11,546 bases of DNA from an uncultured Thermus sp. (GCA_947085095.1 CAMTVD010000025.1:1-11546); one strand, 5' to 3'. Shown: positions 1 through 8,412, counted from the first letter of the stretch. The notes: generated by a model from the sequence alone, not told the origin. A program made the numbers and translations.

Positions 1-198
1 GACATTGAGAAGCTCAGGGAGATCCGCCGCCTGACCCAGGAGCTTGGGGTGAACCTGGCGGGGGTGGAGGAGATCATGCGCCTCCGGGCTGAGCTGGAGG
101 CCCTGCAGGCCCGCTTTGAGGCCGAGGTGGCGAGGCTTAAGCTCCTCCTCCTGGAGGAGGGCAAGGGCTTCTCCCAGGAGAGTAGTATGGGCGCATGA
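1..198 (+). CDS. hspR: MerR-family transcriptional regulator, HspR-like (3' part, truncated by the window edge)
   Basis: Not in the ORF track; translated by hand in frame 1: [65 protein letters not shown]. [12 protein letters not shown] followed by a coiled coil is typical of HspR. The TGA at 196-198 overlaps the next ATG (ATGA). Confidence 0.8.
   Translation, partial: DIEKLREIRRLTQELGVNLAGVEEIMRLRAELEALQARFEAEVARLKLLLLEEGKGFSQESSMGA
183..188 (+). promoter_or_regulatory. Putative -10 element (TAGTAT) for leaderless transcription of the M20 peptidase
   Basis: TANNNT hexamer 6 nt upstream of ATG 195, with no SD at the usual spacing. No convincing -35. Confidence 0.45.
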
Positions 199-1508
199 AC
201 GCCCTAGCCCCCCTTTTGGAGTGGCTCGCCATCCCTTCGGTTTCCACCGACCCCGCCCGCAAGGCGGACGTGCGCCGGGCGGCCCTTTGGCTTGAGGAGA
301 GGCTCAAGGCCCTGGGCTTTCGCACCGAGCTCCACGAGACCCCCCTCCATCCCATCCTCTACGCCGAGCGCCTGGTGGACCAAGGGGCCCCCACGGTCCT
401 GGTCTACGGCCACTACGATGTCCAGCCCCCCGACCCCCTGGAGCTCTGGGAAACCCCGCCCTTCGCCCCGGCGGTGCGGGAGGGGAGGCTCTACGCCCGC
501 GGGGCCTCCGACGACAAGGGCCAGCTTTGGGCCCACGTGGCGGCCTTAGAGGGCGTGGAGGTCCCGGTCAACGTGAAGTTTTTGGTGGAGGGGGAGGAGG
601 AGATCGGAAGTCCAAACCTCCTTCCCTTCGTGCGGGAAAACCGGGAGAAGCTGAAGGCCGATCTGGTCCTCATCTCCGACGGGGCCATGTTCGCCCCCAT
701 GACCCCTACCCTCACCTATGGCCTCCGGGGGCTTTGCTACCTGGAGGTGCGCCTTTTGGGGGCCAGGCGGGACCTCCACTCCGGGGCCTTCGGTGGGGTG
801 GCCCCGAACCCCATCCAGGCCCTGGGCTGGCTCCTCGCCCGCCTCAAGGACGGGAGGGGCAGGATCCTCATCCCCGGCTTCTATGAGAAGGTCCAGCCCG
901 TTTCCGAGGAGGAGAAGGCCCTTTGGCCCTCCCTGGATGAGGAGGCCCTGAAGGGGGAGCTCGGGGTGGACCACCTCCCCGGGGAGGAGGGGTACACCCC
1001 CCTGGAACGCCTCTGGGCCAGGCCCACCTTAGACCCCAACGGCATCTGGGGGGGCTACCAGGGGGAGGGTTCCAAGACGGTGATCCCCAAGGAGGCGGGG
1101 ATGAAGCTTTCCATGCGCCTGGTCCCGGACCAGGACCCCGAGGAGGTGGCGGGGATGGTGGAGGCCTATCTGGAGGCCATCCTTCCCCCTGGCTACCGCC
1201 TCAAGGTCCTGAGGCTCCACGGGGGGAAGCCCGTCCTCACCGATCCCCATAGCCCTCCCATGCGCCTCATGGCCCGGGCTCTGGAGGAGGTCTGGGGCCG
1301 CCCGCCCGTCTACACCCGGGAAGGGGGCACCATCCCCGTGGTGGCCGAGCTCAAGGAGGCCCTTTCCGCTCCCATCGTTCTTCTGGGCTTAGGCCTGCCC
1401 GACGACAACCTCCACGCCCCCAACGAGAAGCTGGACCTCATCAACCTGGAGAAGGGGATCGCCGTCATCCGGCGGTTCTACGAGCTTCTTGGGGCAGGGC
1501 CCGCTTGA
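195..1508 (+). CDS. M20/M25/M40 family metallopeptidase (ArgE/DapE-like dipeptidase)
   Basis: 437 aa with metal-binding and catalytic motifs [29 protein letters not shown] and C-terminal NLHAPNE. Confidence 0.93.
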   Translation: MNALAPLLEWLAIPSVSTDPARKADVRRAALWLEERLKALGFRTELHETPLHPILYAERLVDQGAPTVLVYGHYDVQPPDPLELWETPPFAPAVREGRLYARGASDDKGQLWAHVAALEGVEVPVNVKFLVEGEEEIGSPNLLPFVRENREKLKADLVLISDGAMFAPMTPTLTYGLRGLCYLEVRLLGARRDLHSGAFGGVAPNPIQALGWLLARLKDGRGRILIPGFYEKVQPVSEEEKALWPSLDEEALKGELGVDHLPGEEGYTPLERLWARPTLDPNGIWGGYQGEGSKTVIPKEAGMKLSMRLVPDQDPEEVAGMVEAYLEAILPPGYRLKVLRLHGGKPVLTDPHSPPMRLMARALEEVWGRPPVYTREGGTIPVVAELKEALSAPIVLLGLGLPDDNLHAPNEKLDLINLEKGIAVIRRFYELLGAGPA

Positions 1509-2208
1509 AGATGAGGGCCTCCCCCACCCGGCCCACCAGGATGGGCACCGCGGGGCTCTTGGCCACCTGGGCTGCGAAGGGGACGTCGGCCTCGAGGCCC
1601 ACCGCCTTCAGGGCCTGGGCGGCGGCGGAGAGGGAGAGGGCCTCCAGGGGGTCCTGGTAGGCCCGCTTCACGGCCAGGGCGATCCGGGCCCCGTCCTCCG
1701 GCTCCACCTCCCCCATGAGGCCCAGGTACTCCGCCAAGACCCCGGCGGTGTAGAGGTCGTCCAGCCCCACCCGTCCCTCCTTGCCGGCGCAGAGGATGGC
1801 CACCTCCTCCGTGGCCAGCTCCCGGGCCAGCCGGGCGGCGGCGTGGGCGTTGAAGAGGGAGGCCAAGAGGACGTGTTTGGCCGTCTTGGCGGCGGCGTGG
1901 GCGGCCTTGGTGCCATTGGTGGTGCTCATGACCACGATCCTTCCCCCCACGGGGGCCTCCAGGGCCTCCCGGGGGGAGTTCCCCAGGTCAAACCCCGGGG
2001 GCTTGAGCCCCCCCGCCTCCCCGGAGAGGACCACGTCCTCGTCCTTGAAGGCCTTGGCGGCCTCGAGGCTCGCCGTGAGGTACAGGGCCTCCGCCCCCGC
2101 TTCCAAAAAGGCGCAGGCCGTGGTGGTGGCCCGGATCACGTCCACCACCAGGACCACATCGGGGTACGCCTGGTCTTCCACAGGCAAGGGATCCACCCTG
2201 ATTCGCAC
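1465..2208 (-). CDS. comB: 2-phosphosulfolactate phosphatase (ComB) family protein
   Basis: Motifs [37 protein letters not shown]. The start is re-called to GTG 2208 (VRIRVDP), with SD GGAGG at 2213-2217 on the minus strand. The track's upstream 82-aa extension overlaps the CRP gene. Confidence 0.9.
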   Translation of the reverse strand: MRIRVDPLPVEDQAYPDVVLVVDVIRATTTACAFLEAGAEALYLTASLEAAKAFKDEDVVLSGEAGGLKPPGFDLGNSPREALEAPVGGRIVVMSTTNGTKAAHAAAKTAKHVLLASLFNAHAAARLARELATEEVAILCAGKEGRVGLDDLYTAGVLAEYLGLMGEVEPEDGARIALAVKRAYQDPLEALSLSAAAQALKAVGLEADVPFAAQVAKSPAVPILVGRVGEALIFKRALPQEARRTAG

Positions 2209-2218
2209 GCTTCCTCCT

Positions 2219-2866
2219 TCACAAAAGACCGAAGGCCACCTCCTCCAGCAGCGAAGGGAGGAGCACCTCCACCTCCCCCGGCCCCAGGCGTATCGCCCCC
2301 TGGGCCCTGAGTTCGTGAAGTGCCCGGGTGGCCGTCTCCCGGCTGGTGCCGGCCAGGGCTGCCACTTCCTGCTGGCGGACCTTGAGCAGGGGGCCCTTTC
2401 CCTGGCGTAGGAGCTTGAGGAGGGCGTAGGCCACGCGGCTCCTCGCTTCCTCAAAGGCCAGGAGGTCCAGCTCCAGATCCGCTTCCCGCAGGCGGTGGGC
2501 CAGGAGGCGGGCCAGGTTGTGGGCGATGAGGGGAAGGCGGCGGATGAGGGCCAGGTAGGCTTCCTGGTGGAGGGCGAGGAGGAGGGAGTCCTCCTCGGCC
2601 ACGGCGCTGGCGCTCCGCTCGCTTCCGTCCAGGAGGCTCATCTCCCCGAAAATCCCCCCGGGGCCTATGTAGGCCAGGGTCTTCTCCTGCCCCCCCAGGT
2701 GGGTGCGGAAGAGGCGCACCTGCCCCGCTTCCACCAGGTACAGGGTCTGCCCCAGATCCCCCTGGTGGAAGACCGCTTTTCCCTTGGGGTAGGCGCGGCG
2801 GAGGAAGTAGGAGCGGGCCAGCTCCACCTCCTCGGGGGTCAGGCCGTGGAAGAGGGGGCTAGGCAT
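2219..2866 (-). CDS. crp: CRP/FNR-family transcriptional regulator (cAMP receptor protein type)
   Basis: cNMP-binding domain (FGEMSL...RSASA) plus C-terminal HTH ([13 protein letters not shown]). Closely resembles the T. thermophilus CRP as I recall it. ATG 2866 is preferred over GTG 2872 because of promoter geometry. Confidence 0.9.
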   Translation of the reverse strand: MPSPLFHGLTPEEVELARSYFLRRAYPKGKAVFHQGDLGQTLYLVEAGQVRLFRTHLGGQEKTLAYIGPGGIFGEMSLLDGSERSASAVAEEDSLLLALHQEAYLALIRRLPLIAHNLARLLAHRLREADLELDLLAFEEARSRVAYALLKLLRQGKGPLLKVRQQEVAALAGTSRETATRALHELRAQGAIRLGPGEVEVLLPSLLEEVAFGLL

Positions 2867-2874
2867 CGGCACCT

Positions 2875-2903
2875 ACTCTAACCGAAGCTTCATGTTTTGC
2901 CTA
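2875..2903 (-). promoter_or_regulatory. Putative sigmaA promoter of crp-comB: TAGGCA-N17-TAGAGT
   Basis: Minus strand -35 at 2903-2898 (4/6 match to TTGACA), 17-nt spacer, -10 at 2880-2875, 8 nt from ATG 2866. Confidence 0.55.
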
Positions 2904-3545
2904 GAGGATGAGAGGGTGGCCTCGGTGTTGGCGGCGCGGGACCTGGGCTTCACCTATGGCAACGGCCCCCTCTTCCAGGGGGTCACCTTCGCCCTGGCCC
3001 CCGGGGAGGCCTTGGCCCTTTTGGGCCCCTCGGGAAGCGGCAAGACCACCCTCCTCCACCTCCTGGCGGGGCTTCTCCCCTTGCAGGAGGGGGAGGTTTA
3101 CTGGGAGGGGGAGGCCATCCGGGGCCTTCCCGAGGGGGCTTTGGCGGGGAAGCGGCTTCGCTTTTTGGGCCTCATCTTCCAGCATCACTTCCTCTTTCCC
3201 GAGCTCACCGCCCTGGAGAACGTTCTGGCCCCCGGGTACCTGGCGGGCCAGGTGGACCGGGCCAGGGCCCTGGCCCTCCTGGAACGCCTGGGCCTCGAGG
3301 GGCGCGCCCACTTCTTTCCCCAGCGCCTCTCCGGGGGGGAAAGGCAGCGGGTGGCCGTGGCCCGGGCCCTCTACCTCAGGCCCCGCCTTCTTTTGGCCGA
3401 TGAGCCCACCGCCAGCCTGGACCGCCGCCAGGCCCGGGAGGTCCTGGCCCTCCTTTTGGAGCTCTCCCGGGAGGTGGGGGCGGGCCTGGTCCTGGCCACC
3501 CACGACGAGGGCCTGGTGGAAGGGCTTCCTGCCCTGAGGCTGTAG
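2892..3545 (+). CDS. ABC transporter ATP-binding protein (LolD/FtsE/MacB-like)
   Basis: Walker A GPSGSGKT, Q-loop IFQ, signature LSGGERQR, Walker B LLLADEPT, H-loop ATHD. The true start may be GTG 2916. Confidence 0.92.
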   Translation: MFCLEDERVASVLAARDLGFTYGNGPLFQGVTFALAPGEALALLGPSGSGKTTLLHLLAGLLPLQEGEVYWEGEAIRGLPEGALAGKRLRFLGLIFQHHFLFPELTALENVLAPGYLAGQVDRARALALLERLGLEGRAHFFPQRLSGGERQRVAVARALYLRPRLLLADEPTASLDRRQAREVLALLLELSREVGAGLVLATHDEGLVEGLPALRL

Positions 3546-3559
3546 TATCCTTAGGCGGT

Positions 3560-4267
3560 ATGAGTCCCATCCATGTGCGGGGAAAGCCGGGGGAGGTGGC
3601 CGAAAGGGTTCTGCTACCCGGGGACCCAGGCCGGGCGGAGTGGATCGCCAAGACCTTCCTCGAGGACCCCGTCCTCTACACCTCTAACCGGGGCCTCCTC
3701 GGCTTCACCGGGCGCTACCAGGGGGTCCCCGTTTCCGTGCAGACCACGGGCATGGGGGCCCCATCGGCCAGCATCGTGGCCGAGGAGCTCATCGGGCTGG
3801 GGGCCCGGGTCCTCCTCCGGGTGGGCACCTGCGGGGCGGTGGACGAGGGCCTGGCCCCGGGGGACCTGGTCATCCCCCAGGGGGCCGTGCCCCTGGACGG
3901 GGCCACGCGGCAGTACCTGGAGGGCCGCCCCTACGCCCCCGTGCCCGACCCCGGGCTGTTCCTGGCCCTCTGGAAGGGGGCTGAGGCCTTGGGCTACCCC
4001 CACCACGTGGGCCTCGTCGCCACGGAGGACGCCTTCTACGCCACCACCCCTGAGGGGGCCAGGGCCTGGAGCCGCTACGGGGTCCTGGCCTTTGAGATGG
4101 AGGCCAGCGCCCTTTTCCTGATCGGGAAAATGCGGGGTGCCCGGGCTGGGGCCATCCTCGCCGTCTCCAACCGGATCGGGGACCCGGAGCTGGTCGCCGA
4201 GGGGGTGCTTCGGGAGGGGGTTCGGCGTATGGTGGAGGTGGCCCTAAGGGCCCTTTTGGAGGTGTGA
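3560..4267 (+). CDS. deoD: Purine nucleoside phosphorylase (DeoD-type, PNP/UDP family)
   Basis: 235 aa with GDPGRA, TGMGAPS, RVGTCG, EDAFY and FEMEAS motifs. A -10-like TATCCT lies at 3546-3551. Confidence 0.88.
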   Translation: MSPIHVRGKPGEVAERVLLPGDPGRAEWIAKTFLEDPVLYTSNRGLLGFTGRYQGVPVSVQTTGMGAPSASIVAEELIGLGARVLLRVGTCGAVDEGLAPGDLVIPQGAVPLDGATRQYLEGRPYAPVPDPGLFLALWKGAEALGYPHHVGLVATEDAFYATTPEGARAWSRYGVLAFEMEASALFLIGKMRGARAGAILAVSNRIGDPELVAEGVLREGVRRMVEVALRALLEV

Positions 4268-4268
4268 G

Positions 4269-5084
4269 ATGGCAGAGGAGCACGAGCACGAGTTCATCCT
4301 GGAGATCCCGGAGTTTGAGCACCTCTCCTACGAGGTGGAGGAGGGCATCGCCCTGGTCACCCTGAGGCGGCCCGAGGCCTTAAATGCCCTCTCCCAAGAC
4401 CTCCTCAGGGAGCTTTCCGAGGCGGTGGAGGTCATCGCCCAGGACCCCGAGGCCCGGGTGGCCATCTTCACCGGGGAGGGGAAGGCCTTCGCCGCCGGGG
4501 CGGACCTGAAGGAGATCGCCGCCCTCAAGGACCCCTTCATGGCCCGGGAGTACGCCCTTTTGGGCCAGCAGGTCTTCTCGGAGATCGCCGCTTTGCCCAT
4601 CCCCACCATTGCCGCCATCAACGGCTACGCCCTGGGCGGGGGCCTGGAGCTGGCCCTGGCCTGCGACCTCCGGGTGGCCGCCAAGGGCGCCAGGCTTGGC
4701 CTACCCGAGGTGGGCCTGGGCCTCATCCCCGGCTTTGGCGGGACCCAGCGCCTGCCACGGCTCATCGGCCGGGGGCGGGCCTTGGACCTCATCTTCACCG
4801 GGCGGCACGTGACCGCCGAGGAGGCCCTCTCCCTGGGCCTGGTGAACCGGGTGGGGGAGGACGCCTTGGAGGAGGCCAGGAGGCTGGCGGAGAAGATTCT
4901 GAAAAACGGTCCCATCGCCCTGGCCCTGGCCAAGGAGAGCGTGGTGCGGGGGGAGGGGCTGGACCTGGCCGAGGCCTTGGAGATTGAGGCCGACCTCTTC
5001 GGCTACGCCGCCGCCACCCAGGACATGAAGGAGGGGGTGCAGGCCTTCTTGGAAAAGCGCCCCCCCAGCTTCAAGGGGGAGTGA
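4269..5084 (+). CDS. Enoyl-CoA hydratase / 3-hydroxybutyryl-CoA dehydratase (crotonase family)
   Basis: LNAL, FAAGADL, AINGYALGGGLELALACD, LPEVGLGLIPGFGGTQRL; both catalytic Glu are present. Starts 1 nt after the PNP stop, with GGAGG upstream. Confidence 0.93.
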   Translation: MAEEHEHEFILEIPEFEHLSYEVEEGIALVTLRRPEALNALSQDLLRELSEAVEVIAQDPEARVAIFTGEGKAFAAGADLKEIAALKDPFMAREYALLGQQVFSEIAALPIPTIAAINGYALGGGLELALACDLRVAAKGARLGLPEVGLGLIPGFGGTQRLPRLIGRGRALDLIFTGRHVTAEEALSLGLVNRVGEDALEEARRLAEKILKNGPIALALAKESVVRGEGLDLAEALEIEADLFGYAAATQDMKEGVQAFLEKRPPSFKGE

Positions 5085-5094
5085 GGTTCCCCTT
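5073..5094 (+). terminator. Hairpin over the enoyl-CoA hydratase stop codon (weak terminator or stability element)
   Basis: AAGGGGGA-gtgagg-TTCCCCTT forms an 8-bp stem with one G-U pair. No U-tract follows. Confidence 0.3.
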
Positions 5095-5114
5095 CACCCT
5101 GGGCCCGGCGGGAA

Positions 5115-5123
5115 TGGTATAAG
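5115..5123 (+). promoter_or_regulatory. Putative extended -10 promoter (TGgTATAAG) of the HD-domain gene
   Basis: TGn plus TATAAG (5/6 match to TATAAT), 7 nt before TTG 5131 and 13 nt before ATG 5137. Confidence 0.45.
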
Positions 5124-5130
5124 GTAGGGG

Positions 5131-6012
5131 TTGCCCATGACGGAAGAGCGCGTGGTTCACGTAGCCAGCCCCAAGGCCAAGCTCTACGCCGAGGCCGACC
5201 AGGCCATCCGCGAGCACCTAAAGCCTTTTCCCAAGGCCCTCAAGGCCTACGAGCTCCTCATCCAAGACCCTGAGGCCCGGGCCGGGTGGAACATGGCCAA
5301 CTACCTCACCATGCGCAAGCTGGGCTACAACGACCACGGCCGGGTCCATGCCCTCCTCACGGGAGCGGCCAGCGTGGCCATCTTGCGCCTTCTTGCGGAG
5401 GCGGGGGTGAAGCTGGACACTCTGGAGTCCGGGGCCGGGGAGCTGGAGGACGCCTACCTGGTGGTCCTCCTCGCCACCATGCTCCACGACCTGGGGAACC
5501 AGGTGCACCGGGACCACCACGAGGCCTTCGGGGTCACCCTGGCCCTGCCCATCCTGAGCCGCATCCTGGAGAAGATCTACCCCGACCCCGAGCAGCGCAC
5601 CGCCCTCCGTGCCCTCATCCTCCACGGGATCTACAGCCATGACCTGAACCCCGAGCCCCTGACCCTCGAGGCGGGCATCACCGCCGTGGCCGACGGCACC
5701 GACATCACCAAGGGCCGGGGGCGGAAGGCCTTCGCCCTGGGAAGCATAGACATCCACTCCATCAGCGCCCTGGCCGTGGACGAGGTGCGCATCCTGAAGG
5801 GGGAGAAGGTGCCGGTGGAGATCCAGGTCACCATGAACAACTCCGCGGGCATCTTCCAGGTGGAGGAGACCCTCACCAAAAAGGTGCTGAGGAGCCCCTT
5901 GCGCCCCTACGTGACCGTGGTGGCCATGACCGAGGGGAACGGGAACCAGGACCAGCGCATCGTCCACCGGGTGCGCCTGCACGAAAGGGAGGACCGCTTC
6001 GTCCTGGACTGA
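5131..6012 (+). CDS. HD-superfamily metal-dependent phosphohydrolase
   Basis: H...HD...H...D signature: NDHGRVH, LHDLGN, HGIYSHD, VADGTD. Alternative start at ATG 5137. Confidence 0.88.
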   Translation: MPMTEERVVHVASPKAKLYAEADQAIREHLKPFPKALKAYELLIQDPEARAGWNMANYLTMRKLGYNDHGRVHALLTGAASVAILRLLAEAGVKLDTLESGAGELEDAYLVVLLATMLHDLGNQVHRDHHEAFGVTLALPILSRILEKIYPDPEQRTALRALILHGIYSHDLNPEPLTLEAGITAVADGTDITKGRGRKAFALGSIDIHSISALAVDEVRILKGEKVPVEIQVTMNNSAGIFQVEETLTKKVLRSPLRPYVTVVAMTEGNGNQDQRIVHRVRLHEREDRFVLD

Positions 6013-6024
6013 GGCGCCAGGAGT

Positions 6025-6462
6025 TTAGGGGCTGGGCCAGAGGGCCCTCAGCTCCTTGGGCAAAAGGCCCACGATGTCCGCCAGTTCCCCTTCGGTGACC
6101 CGGTGGGCCAGCACCCCAAAGACGGCCCGTACCGCGGCCTCAGGGTCCAAGGCGGGGCCGGAGGGGGTCCTTAGCTCCCGGGCCACGTGGGCCAGGAACT
6201 CCTCCTTGTGCCGCTCCTTCAAGGGCTTGCCCGTGGGGTCCCAGCCCTCGTAGTAGAGCCCCCGGATGAGCATGGGGAGCTGGGCCCCCAGCTGGGCCGC
6301 TTCCTCCACGGTGAGGCGGTCCCTGAGGGCGTGAAGCACGGCCCTGAGGGCCATGTAGGCCCGGTGGCGGTCCTCAATGCCCAAGGTTTCCATGATCTCC
6401 TTGAGCCAGGTGTGGGTCTTGTGCAGGGTGCGGTCAAACACCTCCAGGCCAGTGGCGCTCAT
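6025..6462 (-). CDS. DUF2267-family protein
   Basis: 145 aa with FDRTLHKT..WL, AY.ALRAVLHALRDRL..EEA.QLGAQLP.LIRG.YYEGW and LP.ELR.LWP, typical of DUF2267. SD-like GGGGGTGA upstream. Confidence 0.85.
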   Translation of the reverse strand: MSATGLEVFDRTLHKTHTWLKEIMETLGIEDRHRAYMALRAVLHALRDRLTVEEAAQLGAQLPMLIRGLYYEGWDPTGKPLKERHKEEFLAHVARELRTPSGPALDPEAAVRAVFGVLAHRVTEGELADIVGLLPKELRALWPSP

Positions 6463-6482
6463 ATCTTCACCCCCGTACCTTG

Positions 6483-6511
6483 AGGCTATCGCTTGAGTCT
6501 ACCCTTGTAAA
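6483..6511 (-). promoter_or_regulatory. Putative sigmaA promoter of the DUF2267 gene: TTTACA-N17-TAGCCT
   Basis: Minus strand -35 at 6511-6506 (5/6 match), exactly 17 nt, then -10 at 6488-6483. A second -10-like TAGACT lies at 6501-6496. Confidence 0.65.
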
Positions 6512-6534
6512 GGCCTGGCCAAGGGGGGTGGGCC

Positions 6535-7488
6535 TCAGGCCCGGAAGTAGCGGTAGGGAGGGCCTTCCCGGCGCACCAGGCCCTCCTGGCGCAGGTATTC
6601 CAGGTGGGCCAGGGTCTCGGCGAAGGCGAAGCGGCGCCCGGCGGCGTCTAGGTCCTGGGGGAAGAGCCTTAGGGAAAGCTCCCAGGCGTTTTGGGGGATT
6701 TCTAGCAAGGAAAGAAGGGCCTCCAGGCGTTCCTGGTGGTGAGCCTGGAGTTCCTTGGCCCGTTCCCTGACGTTGGGGATGGGGCCAAAGTGGCCCGCGT
6801 AGGCCACCCTCGCCGGAAGCTCCGCCAGGAGGTCCAGGGAGTAGAGGAAGTCCTTTAGGGGGTTTTCCCGGGTGTAGGCCCAGAGGCCCACATTGGGGGA
6901 AACCCTTTCCAGGAGGGCATCCCCCGCCAGGAGCACCCCTTCTTCTTCCAGGAAGAAGGCCACGTGCCCGTCCGCATGCCCGGGCGTCCAGATAGCCCGG
7001 AGCCGCTTTCCCCCCACCTCCAGGACCATTCCGTCCTCGAGGGGGATGGGGTTCTCTGGGGGATGAACCCGCTCCCGGGTCTTTTCCATGTTCTCCCGGA
7101 TGCCCATAAGCGCCCCTTCCGGGGTCCCGTGCTCCAGGAAGAGCCGCCAGCTCTTTTCCTCAAAGAGGGCGGGCTCCCGCCAGAAGCGGTGGCCCCGGGA
7201 GAGTTCCTCCTGGTGCAGGTAGACCCTGGCCTCAAGCCCCTCAAAGAACCCGGCGAGGCCGTAGTGGTCGGGGTGGTGGTGGGTGAGGAGGACGGTCTTC
7301 ACGTCTGGGAAGCAGAGGCCAAGCTCCGCCAGGTAGAGCTCCAGGGTTCCCCGGGCGGCGCGGGTGCCCAGGGCGGTGTCCACCAGGGCCACCTCTCCTT
7401 TTCCCTTGAGAAGGTAGAGGTTCACCGTCTTCAGGGGGTAGGGGATGGGAACGGGAAGGAGGTAAACGCCTGGGAGAACCTCCCTCAT
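6535..7488 (-). CDS. Metallo-beta-lactamase-fold hydrolase with C-terminal helical extension
   Basis: LVDT, THHHPDH (HxHxDH), TPGHADGH, GDALL and AGHF motifs. The start overlaps the upstream gene's stop (ATGA, 7485-7488). Confidence 0.92.
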   Translation of the reverse strand: MREVLPGVYLLPVPIPYPLKTVNLYLLKGKGEVALVDTALGTRAARGTLELYLAELGLCFPDVKTVLLTHHHPDHYGLAGFFEGLEARVYLHQEELSRGHRFWREPALFEEKSWRLFLEHGTPEGALMGIRENMEKTRERVHPPENPIPLEDGMVLEVGGKRLRAIWTPGHADGHVAFFLEEEGVLLAGDALLERVSPNVGLWAYTRENPLKDFLYSLDLLAELPARVAYAGHFGPIPNVRERAKELQAHHQERLEALLSLLEIPQNAWELSLRLFPQDLDAAGRRFAFAETLAHLEYLRQEGLVRREGPPYRYFRA

Positions 7489-8378
7489 AGGAGTACCTTG
7501 AGGAGGAGAAGGGCGGCCAGGAAGGGGTCTTTTTCCGGGAGGTGCCAGGGGAAGCGGAAGCCCCCTTCCCCGTCCGCCTCCACCTCGAGGCCCCCCAGAG
7601 CCTCCACCAGCCTCTTCAAAACCTCCTCGGGGGGAAGGGCCTCCCCACCTGCCCCGTAGACCGCCAAGCGGTCCGCGTCCCCGTCCAGGGCAAAGCCCAC
7701 CGCCGGGGGCTCCTGGGCCTTGAGGAGGATCTGGAGGGTCCTGAGGTTCTCCGGCCTCGGGTCGGGGTCCACCCCGTAGAAGAGGGGATGGGGGAGGGGG
7801 TGGAGTTCGCGAAGCTCCGCCGCAAGCCCCAGGGCGCGAAAGGCCTGGGGCAGGATGCCGCTCCCGGCCCCGCCCATGGTGTCCAGGTAGACGACCCCGG
7901 TCCTGTCCTTGGGGGCCTCCCCCAGGCTTCTCGCCAGCAGGTCCAGGTAGTCCTGGCGCAAGTCCAAGGGGGTGAAGCTTCCCCGCTGGGGGAGGGTCTC
8001 GGGCAGGGGGAGGGCTTCTCCGGGGAGGGGCTTTCCCGCCTGGAGGCGGAGCTTCACCCCCTGGAAGCGGGCGGGCCTGCGGCTGGCGGTGAGGTAAAAG
8101 CCACCCGCCTCCTTGGTCACAAGGGCGAAACCGAAGAGGGGCAGAGGGGTGGGGCCCTTGAGGAGGTACGTCTCCAGACCCAGGCTCGCCAGAATCCCTG
8201 CGGCTTCCTCGGCCATCTCCTTGGCTAGGAAGCGGGCATCATAGGCCACCACCACCTTTTCTTGCCCTTCCGAAAGGAGGCTTTGGCCGAAGCCCGCCGC
8301 CAGGCGGGCCACCGCCTGGAAGGTAAAGCCCCGGGCCAGCTCACCTACGAAGCCTTCGGGCGTGGGGTAGAGTTCCAT
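7485..8378 (-). CDS. Short phosphoglucomutase/phosphomannomutase-like protein
   Basis: VVAYDARF, PTP, LTASRRP (TASHNP position), DTMGGAG, FYG..PDP, DGDADR metal loop, PEKD. Only 297 aa. Confidence 0.85.
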   Translation of the reverse strand: MELYPTPEGFVGELARGFTFQAVARLAAGFGQSLLSEGQEKVVVAYDARFLAKEMAEEAAGILASLGLETYLLKGPTPLPLFGFALVTKEAGGFYLTASRRPARFQGVKLRLQAGKPLPGEALPLPETLPQRGSFTPLDLRQDYLDLLARSLGEAPKDRTGVVYLDTMGGAGSGILPQAFRALGLAAELRELHPLPHPLFYGVDPDPRPENLRTLQILLKAQEPPAVGFALDGDADRLAVYGAGGEALPPEEVLKRLVEALGGLEVEADGEGGFRFPWHLPEKDPFLAALLLLKVLL

Positions 8379-8384
8379 GCCTTA

Positions 8385-8406
8385 GAGTCTACCCCGTGGT
8401 AGACTC
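8385..8406. promoter_or_regulatory. Perfect inverted repeat GAGTCTACC-ccgt-GGTAGACTC carrying back-to-back -10 elements (bidirectional promoter)
   Basis: TAGACT at 8400-8405 (+, preceded by TGn) is 7 nt from GTG 8413. TAGACT at 8391-8386 (-) is 7 nt from ATG 8378. Neither gene has an SD. Confidence 0.7.
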
Positions 8407-8412
8407 ACCCCC

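Noticed and set aside
2209..2454. 82-aa N-terminal extension of ComB in the ORF track
   Set aside because: It overlaps crp in another frame, has low-complexity composition, and a good SD plus GTG sits at 2208.
2867..2915. CRP autoregulatory site
   Set aside because: No TGTGA-N6-TCACA-like sequence is visible in the intergenic region.
4278..4292. GAGCAC tandem repeat
   Set aside because: It simply encodes EHEHE at the hydratase N-terminus and is too short to indicate phase variation.
6535..7488. Antibiotic-resistance beta-lactamase
   Set aside because: No signal peptide; the fold motifs are shared by many cytoplasmic hydrolases.
8381..8410. uvrD-side palindrome as a HAIR site
   Set aside because: GAGT and ACTC are 14 nt apart rather than 7, and the outer bases do not match CTT/AAG.
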